NCBI GenBank assembly: GCA_013360865.1 | Contig: JABWAS010000005.1 | Location: 507-64,506 of the forward strand | Length of the DNA stretch: 64,000 nt | From: Candidatus Paceibacter sp. | Lineage (GTDB): Bacteria; Patescibacteriota; Minisyncoccia; UBA9983 | Direction of reading: 5' to 3' | In this document: in pieces, positions 56,474-64,000 of the stretch | Position numbering within the stretch: the stretch's first letter is position 1 | Layout: each line of letters starts with the position of its first letter | Made by a program: the position numbers and the translations under genes | Notes under the pieces: model-generated | Databases searched by the model: none | The model's input: only the letters and a program-made list of their open reading frames with translations | Told to the model about the DNA's origin: nothing

Positions 56474-57651
56474 AAGGAATAGGTTTGATGGTCGGAATGA
56501 TCGTGGGGGCGGGCATGTTCGGCCTCCCTTACGCTTTTTCCAAAGCCGGACTGTTCTGGGGCAATTTCCAGCTCGTCGTTTCTTTTCTTATAATCCTGCT
56601 TCTGCACCTTTGGTACGGCGAGGTTTCTTATTACACCAAAGGAGTTCACCGCATCACCGGCTACACCCGGATGTATCTGGGTAAAAAAGCCGAGAAGCTG
56701 GCGTTTATAACCACGCTTGGCGCCGCTTACGGTTCCTTGCTTGTTTACGGACTTCTTGGAGGAATTTTCCTGGGTAATTTTTTTGACTTGTTCAACGGCC
56801 GGACGGACGAGTTTTTCTCCATATTCTTTTTTATCGTCGGGGGCGTTTTGGCTTCCTTGAGTTTAAGCAAAATAGGGGAGATAAACTTTATCCTCACCGT
56901 ACCCGTTTTCGGCTTTATCGCTTATCTTTTATACGTGGCCGCGCCGGAAATAAGGCTGGATAATTTCTTTAACGGAACGCCTTATCTTTTAAACAAAAAC
57001 TGGCTGTTGCCGTACGGCGTGTGGCTTTTCTCTTTAAGCGGATTTTCCGTCATACCGGCGGTGCGGGACATATTTTCCGGCCAACCGATAAGCAAATACA
57101 AAAAGGTGATAATCGTCAGCCTGTTTCTGGCGGCGTTTTTTTACCTGATTTTCGTGGCCGCGGTGCTGGGCGTCAATGGGGGCATGGTCAGCCAGGACGC
57201 TTTATCCGGCATGGTGTCTGTTTTGGGCGGCAAGGCGCTGGCCATTGGCTCAATTATCGGTTTCTTCGCCGTGTTCACTTCTTATATCGCCCTGGCCATA
57301 GACGTAAAAAATATCTTTATGTACGACTACAAAATGCCCCAATTCGCGGCTCTTCTGGCGGCGGCGGTTCCTCCTGTGATTTTATATTACATCGGAAGGG
57401 AAGGAGGTTTGGTGATGATGCTTAGTATCATCGGCTCTTTGGGCATGGGAGCTCTGGGAATATTTATAACCCTTATCAGGAGAAAGATGGTAAAGATTCT
57501 CAAAGACGGAGACAAAAGCGACCTCATCGCGGAGATAGACTATAAGAAAATAAAGTTAAGACGGGGTTGGGAGATGGCGGTGCTTGCCGGCATCATCGCG
57601 GCGGTGGCTTATAATATCTGGGATATTGTTGCGGGGTTTGCGGGTAAATAA
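56455..57651 (+). CDS. Aromatic amino acid permease family transporter
   Basis: GMIVGAGMFGLPY, PYGVWLFS; about 11 TM segments. Confidence 0.85.
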   Translation: MPRLYIKGIGLMVGMIVGAGMFGLPYAFSKAGLFWGNFQLVVSFLIILLLHLWYGEVSYYTKGVHRITGYTRMYLGKKAEKLAFITTLGAAYGSLLVYGLLGGIFLGNFFDLFNGRTDEFFSIFFFIVGGVLASLSLSKIGEINFILTVPVFGFIAYLLYVAAPEIRLDNFFNGTPYLLNKNWLLPYGVWLFSLSGFSVIPAVRDIFSGQPISKYKKVIIVSLFLAAFFYLIFVAAVLGVNGGMVSQDALSGMVSVLGGKALAIGSIIGFFAVFTSYIALAIDVKNIFMYDYKMPQFAALLAAAVPPVILYYIGREGGLVMMLSIIGSLGMGALGIFITLIRRKMVKILKDGDKSDLIAEIDYKKIKLRRGWEMAVLAGIIAAVAYNIWDIVAGFAGK

Positions 57652-57683
57652 AAAAACGACCCCGATTGGCGGGGTCGTTTTTT
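57650..57683. terminator. Bidirectional terminator
   Basis: AAAAAAACGACCCCG...CGGGGTCGTTTTTT between convergent genes. Confidence 0.85.
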
Positions 57684-57700
57684 AAGGTGATTGTTGCCGG

Positions 57701-57746
57701 AAACTTGGAAGCTAAACTTCCAATTGGAAGTTTAGCTTCCAAGTTT
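57701..57746. repeat. Perfect 46-bp palindrome (REP-like)
   Basis: AAACTTGGAAGCTAAACTTCCAATTGGAAGTTTAGCTTCCAAGTTT. Confidence 0.85.
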
Positions 57747-57749
57747 GAA

Positions 57750-58088
57750 TTACATAGCCGCGATTTTGGAAAATATTTGAGGGTGATACTCGGCCAACTG
57801 GGCCAAGATTTTTCTGTCCAAAGCCACTTCCGATTTCTTGAGCTTGCTGATGAGTTTGCTGTAGGACAATCCGCCTGTTCTGGCGGCGGCGTTTATCTTC
57901 ACCTGCCACAGCGCCCGCATGTTCCTCTTCTTTTTTCTCCGGTCGTGGAAAGCGTGCTTGCCGGCGTGCAGCAAAGCGTCTTTGGCCATCCTTTCTTTGG
58001 ATTTGCGGCCATGCCTAAAACCCTTTGTTTGCTTCAATATTTTTCTCCTTCTTTTTAAGGCGTGAACGCCTTTTTTTACTCTTGTCAT
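57750..58088 (-). CDS. rplT: 50S ribosomal protein L20
   Basis: MTRVKKG, RALWQVKINAAAR, LDRKILA. Confidence 0.98.
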   Translation of the reverse strand: MTRVKKGVHALKRRRKILKQTKGFRHGRKSKERMAKDALLHAGKHAFHDRRKKKRNMRALWQVKINAAARTGGLSYSKLISKLKKSEVALDRKILAQLAEYHPQIFSKIAAM

Positions 58089-58224
58089 ATGCCAATTTTG
58101 TTTGCGAGTCTGCGAGCAATTTACAAAATTGCGCACCCCGCACATAATCTGCTAATAATTCTGTATAATTTTCAAAATATTACCTTAACTTCGCAAAACT
58201 CGTAAAATTCAGGCCAAGCCATTA
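58089..58224 (-). repeat. Modular intergenic repeat, copy 3 (modules A+B+C)
   Basis: Mosaic of the 889 and 1378 copies. Confidence 0.9.
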
Positions 58225-58413
58225 ATTATGCGGCAGATATGTGCCGATGTCTTTTCTGTCCATCTGGAATGGCTGCAGCTTTTTTTGCTTCAGCTGGTTT
58301 TTTCTTCTTTGCTTGGCGTTGAAGTGGTCGTGGCCGGCTTTTCTACCCAGGATTTTTCCGTTCCTGGTTATCTTCAGCCTTTTTGCGTATGATTTGTTTG
58401 TTTTAAATGCCAT
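58222..58413 (-). CDS. rpmI: 50S ribosomal protein L35
   Basis: KTNKSYAKRLKIT.NGK; between infC and rplT. Confidence 0.95.
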   Translation of the reverse strand: MAFKTNKSYAKRLKITRNGKILGRKAGHDHFNAKQRRKNQLKQKKLQPFQMDRKDIGTYLPHN

Positions 58414-58423
58414 ATTGGTGTTG

Positions 58424-58933
58424 TTATTTTGAAACTTCTATCGTGGCCGTCATGCCGCGGGGACTCTTCTTCGGACCGTCGGCCATTTTATACTTTTCGC
58501 TTATTAAATTCAATATCCGGGTCATTCTTTCGCCGATGAAATTCTTGTCCAGATATTTTTCCCGCCCGCGCAGGATAAGGTCTATCTTGACGCGGTTGCC
58601 TTCCTTAAGAAACTCGTCTATTTTCTTGGCCCGCATCTCCAGGTCGTGGAGCGACGTGCCCAAACCTATCTGAATTCCTTTTATTTCCACCTCGTGCGCT
58701 TTTTTGGCCGCTTCTTTCTGTTTCTTCTGCTGCTGGTAAAGGTATTTGCCGAAGTCCATTATCCTGGCCACCGGCGGATTGGCCGTGGGCGATATTTCTA
58801 TCAAGTCCAGGCCGGCTTCTCTGGCTTTGTCCAGCGCTTCGGCGAGGCTTATAACGCCTAAATTTTCATTGTCGTTGCCAATGACCCTTAATTGGGAAGC
58901 GGTTATTTGATTATTTACGCGCGGTTTCTTAAT
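58424..58933 (-). CDS. infC: Translation initiation factor IF-3 (ATT start)
   Basis: ATT-KKPRVNNQI...LRVI...GLDLIEI, PPVARIMDFGKY, LRGRE. Confidence 0.95.
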   Translation of the reverse strand: MKKPRVNNQITASQLRVIGNDNENLGVISLAEALDKAREAGLDLIEISPTANPPVARIMDFGKYLYQQQKKQKEAAKKAHEVEIKGIQIGLGTSLHDLEMRAKKIDEFLKEGNRVKIDLILRGREKYLDKNFIGERMTRILNLISEKYKMADGPKKSPRGMTATIEVSK

Positions 58934-58997
58934 AAAGAGTATTCTACTTATTTTTTAATATTTTGCAAGCTCCCAGAGGTTGATAAAGACAATAGCC

Positions 58998-59024
58998 CAA
59001 TGTCAAGGTTGAACCTTGACATTG
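58998..59024. repeat. REP-like palindrome
   Basis: CAATGTCAAGGTT-G-AACCTTGACATTG; second copy at 59554. Confidence 0.85.
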
Positions 59025-59078
59025 TAAACAAAAGGACTTTGCGATAGCATCAAGAAGTTCTCTTCTTTTTAGATTTAA

Positions 59079-59870
59079 CTATTGACGTCGAATGTCAATA
59101 GAATCTTTTATATCAAACTTGCCCACCTTTGTACGCTTAAGTCCCAGTAAAACCGCTCCGGTTTTTAGGTTTTGTCCCAGTTTGTGAGCGATGGATCGGA
59201 CATATGTTCCGCTGGAGCATTTTATTTTTATTCTCGCCACCCAAAATCCTTCTTGTTTTAAGCGATAGCAAATTTTAGGAAGGATTTTTTCTTGCCATTG
59301 TGAGAGTATTTTTTCCTGACGGAAGTCGCCTTGGACGACTTTTATTTTTTTGATAATTTTTTCCAGAAGCTTTTCCGAGCCGACTTTCTTCAGCTCCAGC
59401 AACTTAATTTCATAAATCTCAATCTCTTTTTCCGGGATTTTTATTTCTTTGAGCTTTCCTTTCCGCGCCCATTCAAAAAGCGGCTTGCCTTTGATTTTGT
59501 AAGAGGAGTAGGGCGGAAGCGGCATTTTATTTTTTCCCAGAAATTTTCCCAACCCAATGTCAAGGTTGAACCTTGACATTGGCAGCGGCTGGCGAATTTT
59601 TTGAGGCAGTCCTAAAATGTCGTAAGTATCCGTTTTAAAGCCGAACAAAATTTCGGCTTCGTATTCTTTATCCAGTTTGAGGTATTTTTCTTTTTGCTGG
59701 ATGGCGTCGCCGACCAGCAAAATCAAAACACCTTCCGCCAAAGGGTCCAGCCGTCCGGCGTAAGTTACTTTTTCTTTTTCCGTTTCCGGATGTTTTTGCC
59801 TCAAAATTTTTACCGCGTCCAAAGGCGAAATTCCGACCGGTTTATAGACATTGAAATTTTTTCCCTTCAT
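59079..59870 (-). CDS. truB: TruB-like tRNA pseudouridine(55) synthase
   Basis: YKPVG.SP, AGRLDPLAEG, KEYEA, PPYSS, CSSGTYVRS, LKRTKVG. Confidence 0.85.
   Translation of the reverse strand: MKGKNFNVYKPVGISPLDAVKILRQKHPETEKEKVTYAGRLDPLAEGVLILLVGDAIQQKEKYLKLDKEYEAEILFGFKTDTYDILGLPQKIRQPLPMSRFNLDIGLGKFLGKNKMPLPPYSSYKIKGKPLFEWARKGKLKEIKIPEKEIEIYEIKLLELKKVGSEKLLEKIIKKIKVVQGDFRQEKILSQWQEKILPKICYRLKQEGFWVARIKIKCSSGTYVRSIAHKLGQNLKTGAVLLGLKRTKVGKFDIKDSIDIRRQ
59554..59582. repeat. REP-like palindrome in frame within truB
   Basis: CCAATGTCAAGGTTGAACCTTGACATTGG encodes PMSRFNLDIG. Confidence 0.85.
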
Positions 59871-59882
59871 AATGCGAGTATT

Positions 59883-60863
59883 ATGCTTATAGACGATGTT
59901 ACAATCAAAGTCAAAGCTGGCAAGGGCGGCAAGGGCGGGGTTTACTTCAACAAAAACCTGATGACGCTGGGGCCGACGGGCGGCAGGGGAGGCAACGGCG
60001 GCAGCGTATATATGGAAGGCGTGTCCGACCTGGGCGCGCTCAAGCAATTTCGCTACAAAAAAGACATTGTCGCCAAAGACGGCGAGAACGGCAAGAAACA
60101 GCTCAACGACGGCACCGCCGCCGAGGATGTTGTTTTGAAAGTTCCCGTCGGAACGGTGATTCATAATCTGGATAAAGGCGCTGACCAGGAAATAACGAAA
60201 ATCGGAGAAAGGGTTTTGGTGGCCGAGGGCGGATTCGGCGGGCATGGCAATTGGCATTTCCGCGGCAGCAAAAATACCAGTCCGAGGCAGTGCCAGCCAG
60301 GATTGCCCGGAGAAGGTTTTACTTTGCGGCTGGAGCTAAAGCTCATCGCTGACGTGGGCTTGATCGGTTTTCCCAACGCCGGAAAGTCCAGTCTGCTCAA
60401 TGAACTGACTGCCGCCAAGAGCAAGGTGGCCAATTATGACTTCACCACTCTGGAGCCGCACCTCGGAGTCTATTACGATCTGGTTTTGGCCGACATCCCC
60501 GGACTTATTGAAGGCGCTTCCGCCGGAAAAGGGCTAGGTATAAAATTCCTGCGCCATGTTGAGCGCACCAAAGTTTTGTTCCACCTCATCTCGGCGGAAT
60601 CGGAGGATCCGCTTAAAGATTATTACATCGTCGTCAAAGAACTGATGACCTACAACGAGGCGCTTGTTAAAAAACCGGAATATATTTTCCTGGCCAAAAG
60701 CGACTTGGTTGACGAGAAAACTTTAAAGCAAAAAATGATGGAGCTTAGAAAGGCCGGCAAGCCGGTCAAAGCCGTCTCCATCCACGATCCGGCCAGCATG
60801 GAGGAGGTGAAGAAAATTCTGAATAAGTTGATGGAAGAGAAAACAAGTTCAGCGAATATTTAA
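59883..60863 (+). CDS. obgE: GTPase ObgE/CgtA
   Basis: AGKGGKG, LELKLIADVGLIGFPNAGKSS, YDFTTL, DIPGLIEGA. Confidence 0.97.
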   Translation: MLIDDVTIKVKAGKGGKGGVYFNKNLMTLGPTGGRGGNGGSVYMEGVSDLGALKQFRYKKDIVAKDGENGKKQLNDGTAAEDVVLKVPVGTVIHNLDKGADQEITKIGERVLVAEGGFGGHGNWHFRGSKNTSPRQCQPGLPGEGFTLRLELKLIADVGLIGFPNAGKSSLLNELTAAKSKVANYDFTTLEPHLGVYYDLVLADIPGLIEGASAGKGLGIKFLRHVERTKVLFHLISAESEDPLKDYYIVVKELMTYNEALVKKPEYIFLAKSDLVDEKTLKQKMMELRKAGKPVKAVSIHDPASMEEVKKILNKLMEEKTSSANI

Positions 60864-60962
60864 CAAGGTTGATAATTGACGCTGCCGATGCTAATTTGAA
60901 CTAAGAAAAATTAAGCGTGTGCTTATATTTTGTTGTTTGAAAATTTTTTAGGAGGGTTGGAT

Positions 60963-61625
60963 ATGCGATACTATCGTCCTTACGTTTTTAATAGATTCGC
61001 TAATTTGTTAAAAAAATTGAATGACAGGATGGGCGCTTATGGGTCTTTGGTAAAACTTGGAAAATCAACTGCCGTTGAAGACCGATATATAGATGTTTAT
61101 ACAAAAGGAATGGTTGCTTTGAAACAGAGATATTTCTTCTATAAAGGAATTGTTGCCGGCAGAATAGAATATTCTCCAGAAATGGGGACCGCCAGTAATT
61201 ATAAGGACAGGGCGTTAAGCGCGCTGCAAACATGCCACCGGCGAGCCGTTGAAATAAAGGAAAAAATCAACAGGTTGGTTAGCGTTGAAATTCCCGAAAG
61301 ATACAAAAGAGATTTTGAGACGCTTTTGTATTATCAAGACCGTAAGGAGAAAGAGGAAAGTAGTTTTATGAAAGAATTCTGCGATATTGGTGTTTCTCAA
61401 AGACATGTTTTTGACAAGATAGACAATGGAATCGTTTCCGACTGTGAAATACTTGGGTTTTGCGTATGTCGTTTTGGTAACGCGTCACCATATATGGGCG
61501 GCTGCGTAAGGAGTAATGTTGATATGCTTGATGATGGTGAGGCTATGAAAAGGTTTAAAGAAGGGTCTAAGTTGTTCGCAAGGTGGTTAGGCGAAACTTT
61601 TGGTCCTCAAGCCAAGCCAAGTTAA
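60963..61625 (+). CDS. Hypothetical protein
   Basis: 220-aa ORF with GGAGG SD. Confidence 0.6.
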   Translation: MRYYRPYVFNRFANLLKKLNDRMGAYGSLVKLGKSTAVEDRYIDVYTKGMVALKQRYFFYKGIVAGRIEYSPEMGTASNYKDRALSALQTCHRRAVEIKEKINRLVSVEIPERYKRDFETLLYYQDRKEKEESSFMKEFCDIGVSQRHVFDKIDNGIVSDCEILGFCVCRFGNASPYMGGCVRSNVDMLDDGEAMKRFKEGSKLFARWLGETFGPQAKPS

Positions 61626-61674
61626 GTGCCGTTAAACCAATATCCTCCAACGCAAAAACAGGGCGCTGTTTAAA

Positions 61675-62796
61675 TTAAAATGAAAACGGCGCCCTTTTGT
61701 TTTTCAAAACCACCTCAACCTCTTTCGCGTTTTTGCAGGCCATTAGCTTGATTCGTAATTCTTTAGCGCCGATGAAGCCGGAGACGTATGATTTGAAGTG
61801 CTTTTTCATCACGTCAAAATTTTTATTTTTATTTAATTTTTCAAATAATTTAGTGTGTTCAAGAAGGACAGATATCCGTGTCGAAAATTTTGCCGACCTT
61901 CCAGGATGAAAACAACCAGGCAGGACTGCAAAATTTTCGGCATTGGAAAACCGACCTGCCATGGTGACCGGCTTTGCGGGCTCCTGGCACGGTCGGTTTT
62001 CTGCAAACAGCCACGGATTGCCGAAAACCGCCCGGCCGATCATTACTCCGTCAGTGCCGTATTGTTCCGCTTTTTCATAAGCTTCCGCGACGCTTTGGAC
62101 ATCGCCGTTGCCCAGTATCAAAGTTTTGTCCGGTTTTGAACCGCAAAATTCATCTCTGATTTTCACCGCTTCGGCGACGATGTCCCATCGGGCTGGGACA
62201 AGCGACATTTCTTTTTTTGTCCGGGCGTGGATGGTGATGGCCGCCGGCTCGCATTCTAGAAGAGCAATCAGCCATTTTTTTAATTCTTTTTTGTCGTATC
62301 GGTTGTAGCCGATTCTGGTTTTGACGGAAACGGGCAAACGGCCCGCTCCACGCTTCGTCTCCAAAATAATTTTTTGCGCCAGTCGGGGGTTATTTATTAA
62401 AGATGCCCCGGCACTCTGCTTGATAACTTTTTTGTCCGGGCAACCCATGTTGATATCTATGCCGTCAAAACCGAGTTTTTTTATCAGCTTGGCTGACTCG
62501 TAAAAATTTTCCGGTTTGGCGCCGAAAATTTGCGCCACTATCGGCTTTTCTTTTTTAGAAAATTTCAACAGTGGCAGGAGATTTTTTCTGCCTTCAGAGC
62601 ACAGCCCATCGCAGGAAACAAATTCCGTAAAAGTGATGTAGGGCGCGCCATTTTTTGTTTTACTGTACTTCGCGATAATCCGGCGGAATGCCGCGTCGGT
62701 GACGTCCGCCATCGGCGCCAACGCCAAAATCGGCCACTTTGGCGGATTGTTTTTACGCTGAGCTTGTCGAATTGTTTTCCAGAAACCTTTTGTCAT
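61675..62796 (-). CDS. dus: tRNA-dihydrouridine synthase with in-frame palindromic inserts
   Basis: LAPMADVTD, GIDINMGCP, SVKTRIG, GNGDV, GVMIGR. Confidence 0.93.
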   Translation of the reverse strand: MTKGFWKTIRQAQRKNNPPKWPILALAPMADVTDAAFRRIIAKYSKTKNGAPYITFTEFVSCDGLCSEGRKNLLPLLKFSKKEKPIVAQIFGAKPENFYESAKLIKKLGFDGIDINMGCPDKKVIKQSAGASLINNPRLAQKIILETKRGAGRLPVSVKTRIGYNRYDKKELKKWLIALLECEPAAITIHARTKKEMSLVPARWDIVAEAVKIRDEFCGSKPDKTLILGNGDVQSVAEAYEKAEQYGTDGVMIGRAVFGNPWLFAENRPCQEPAKPVTMAGRFSNAENFAVLPGCFHPGRSAKFSTRISVLLEHTKLFEKLNKNKNFDVMKKHFKSYVSGFIGAKELRIKLMACKNAKEVEVVLKNKRAPFSF

Positions 62797-62860
62797 AACG
62801 TCCTTAAAAATATAGTTAATTTGGCATTTTGGCAAGAATATGAGAAAATAAGGGCGACTT

Positions 62861-64000
62861 ATGAAAACTTTTCTCGTTTTTTACTCGTTTATATGGAAAT
62901 ATAAATGGTACTTTATCCCCGCTGTTATAAGCGCTTTTCTCTCCACGTTGTTGGCCAGTTTTATGCCGTTTATTTACCGCTATATAGTGGATAATTTTTA
63001 CAATCTTACTTTGTCCGTTTTTCTCACGGTGGCGGGGGTCTACGGGGCGACCAGAATAGGGATGATTTTTTTCGGCAATCTGTCCGGATTTTTTGGCGGA
63101 GAATATTTCATACCGGCGCTTGCCGACTCCAAAATGAAGATATTCCGCCATTTGCAGAATCTTGATTTTGCCTTTCATTCCACCAAAAAATCGGGTGAGT
63201 TGATAAGCAAGTTCAAAAGAGGCGACGGCGCTTTTTCTAACATGGACCAGGATCTGAACGGAGAATTCATTGACGACTTTGTGAGGCTGATCGTCGCCGC
63301 TCTAGCCTTCTCTCTTATAAGCCCGAAGCTGCTTGCCGTGTTTTTCGCCGGCATCGTCTTTATCATTTTGTCTTCAATTTATTTCATAAGAAAAAACATG
63401 GTGATGAGGGCTGAACATATCAAAGACGATGACAACATATCACATCTTATCGCCGACAATCTGGTAAATTACGAAACAGTAAAATATTTCGCTAATGAAA
63501 GGAAGGAAACAGCCAACCTGGAAAAAGCTTTTGAACGATGGCGGTCTTCGTTGTGGAATCTTTATCTGTCGTTTCGGAAAATGAACTTCTCTGTCCGCAT
63601 GATCTCCGCTGCCGCCATTATCGCAATGCTGGCGTTTCTCGGCCGGGATGTGGCGGACAAGAAAATATCAGTCGGCGACTTCGTGTTGGTGTTCACTTTT
63701 ATGTCTCAGATTTTTCCCAATATAGAAAAAATAATGTTCAGGTTCAGGGGGATTTTGAGAAACTACGTTGACCTCAAAGATTACTTTGCCATTCTGGATT
63801 ATCCGTTGGTGGTGCTTGAGCCGGAAAAGCCGCTGGAATTCTCCTGCCGAAAAGGCGAGGTACAATTTAAAAATATTTATTTTTCTTACCCCGACGGGCA
63901 GGAAGCATTGAAAAATATTTCTTTAACCGTTACAGGCGGTTCTTCTGCCGCTTTGGTGGGGCGTTCCGGTTCCGGAAAGACGACGCTTACAAAATTGCTT
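62861..64000 (+). CDS. ABC transporter permease/ATP-binding fusion (partial, runs off the window)
   Basis: TM domain, NYETVKYF, FKNIYFSY, Walker A GRSGSGKTT at the window end. Confidence 0.92.
   Translation, partial: MKTFLVFYSFIWKYKWYFIPAVISAFLSTLLASFMPFIYRYIVDNFYNLTLSVFLTVAGVYGATRIGMIFFGNLSGFFGGEYFIPALADSKMKIFRHLQNLDFAFHSTKKSGELISKFKRGDGAFSNMDQDLNGEFIDDFVRLIVAALAFSLISPKLLAVFFAGIVFIILSSIYFIRKNMVMRAEHIKDDDNISHLIADNLVNYETVKYFANERKETANLEKAFERWRSSLWNLYLSFRKMNFSVRMISAAAIIAMLAFLGRDVADKKISVGDFVLVFTFMSQIFPNIEKIMFRFRGILRNYVDLKDYFAILDYPLVVLEPEKPLEFSCRKGEVQFKNIYFSYPDGQEALKNISLTVTGGSSAALVGRSGSGKTTLTKLL

Noticed and set aside
59079-60863. Long overlapping ORFs 59079-60257 (-) and 59694-60863 (+)
   Set aside because: The N-terminal extensions are antisense shadows of each other; family motifs begin at 59870 (truB) and 59883 (obgE).
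1-64000. CRISPR array or cas genes
   Set aside because: No regularly spaced direct repeats with unique spacers and no Cas motifs were seen; the repeats are dispersed palindromes.
1-64000. Recoded genetic code (TGA=Gly, code 25)
   Set aside because: Conserved genes translate full length under code 11, and TGA ends genes such as map and the P-type ATPase at the expected positions.

Overview
This window looks like a Patescibacteria (CPR, Parcubacteria-like) chromosome segment. That assignment is inferred from the missing L30, host genes largely lacking Shine-Dalgarno motifs, pilMNO and CPR-type palindromes; TGA is read as stop. The backbone is housekeeping: the S10-spc ribosomal operon (no L29 or L30 at their usual positions), secY, desulfoferrodoxin, adk, map, pilMNOP, a P-type ATPase, rplS, secE-nusG-rplK (no rplA after it), recA, ftsK, a large surface protein, rplJL, infC-rpmI-rplT, truB, obgE, dus and six intact tRNAs. 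Four accessory features stand out. (1) A 14.5-21.9 kb island between tRNA-Arg and tRNA-Val holds two convergent operons that start from near-identical ~105-bp inverted leaders. They encode two truncated alanyl-tRNA-synthetase-like proteins, a radical SAM enzyme, a degenerate nucleotidyltransferase-like protein and an aldo-keto reductase, with an S51 peptidase between them. This is the best candidate for an undescribed system. (2) Two arrangements read 'tRNA 5' fragment - nuclease gene - intact tRNA' (GIY-YIG with Arg, HNH with His). (3) A modular repeat family lies between ribosomal protein genes, and other palindromes sit in frame inside genes. (4) An integrase-less defence island (47.5-53.7 kb) follows tRNA-Val(CAC). 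All calls come from motif recognition by eye; no searches were run.
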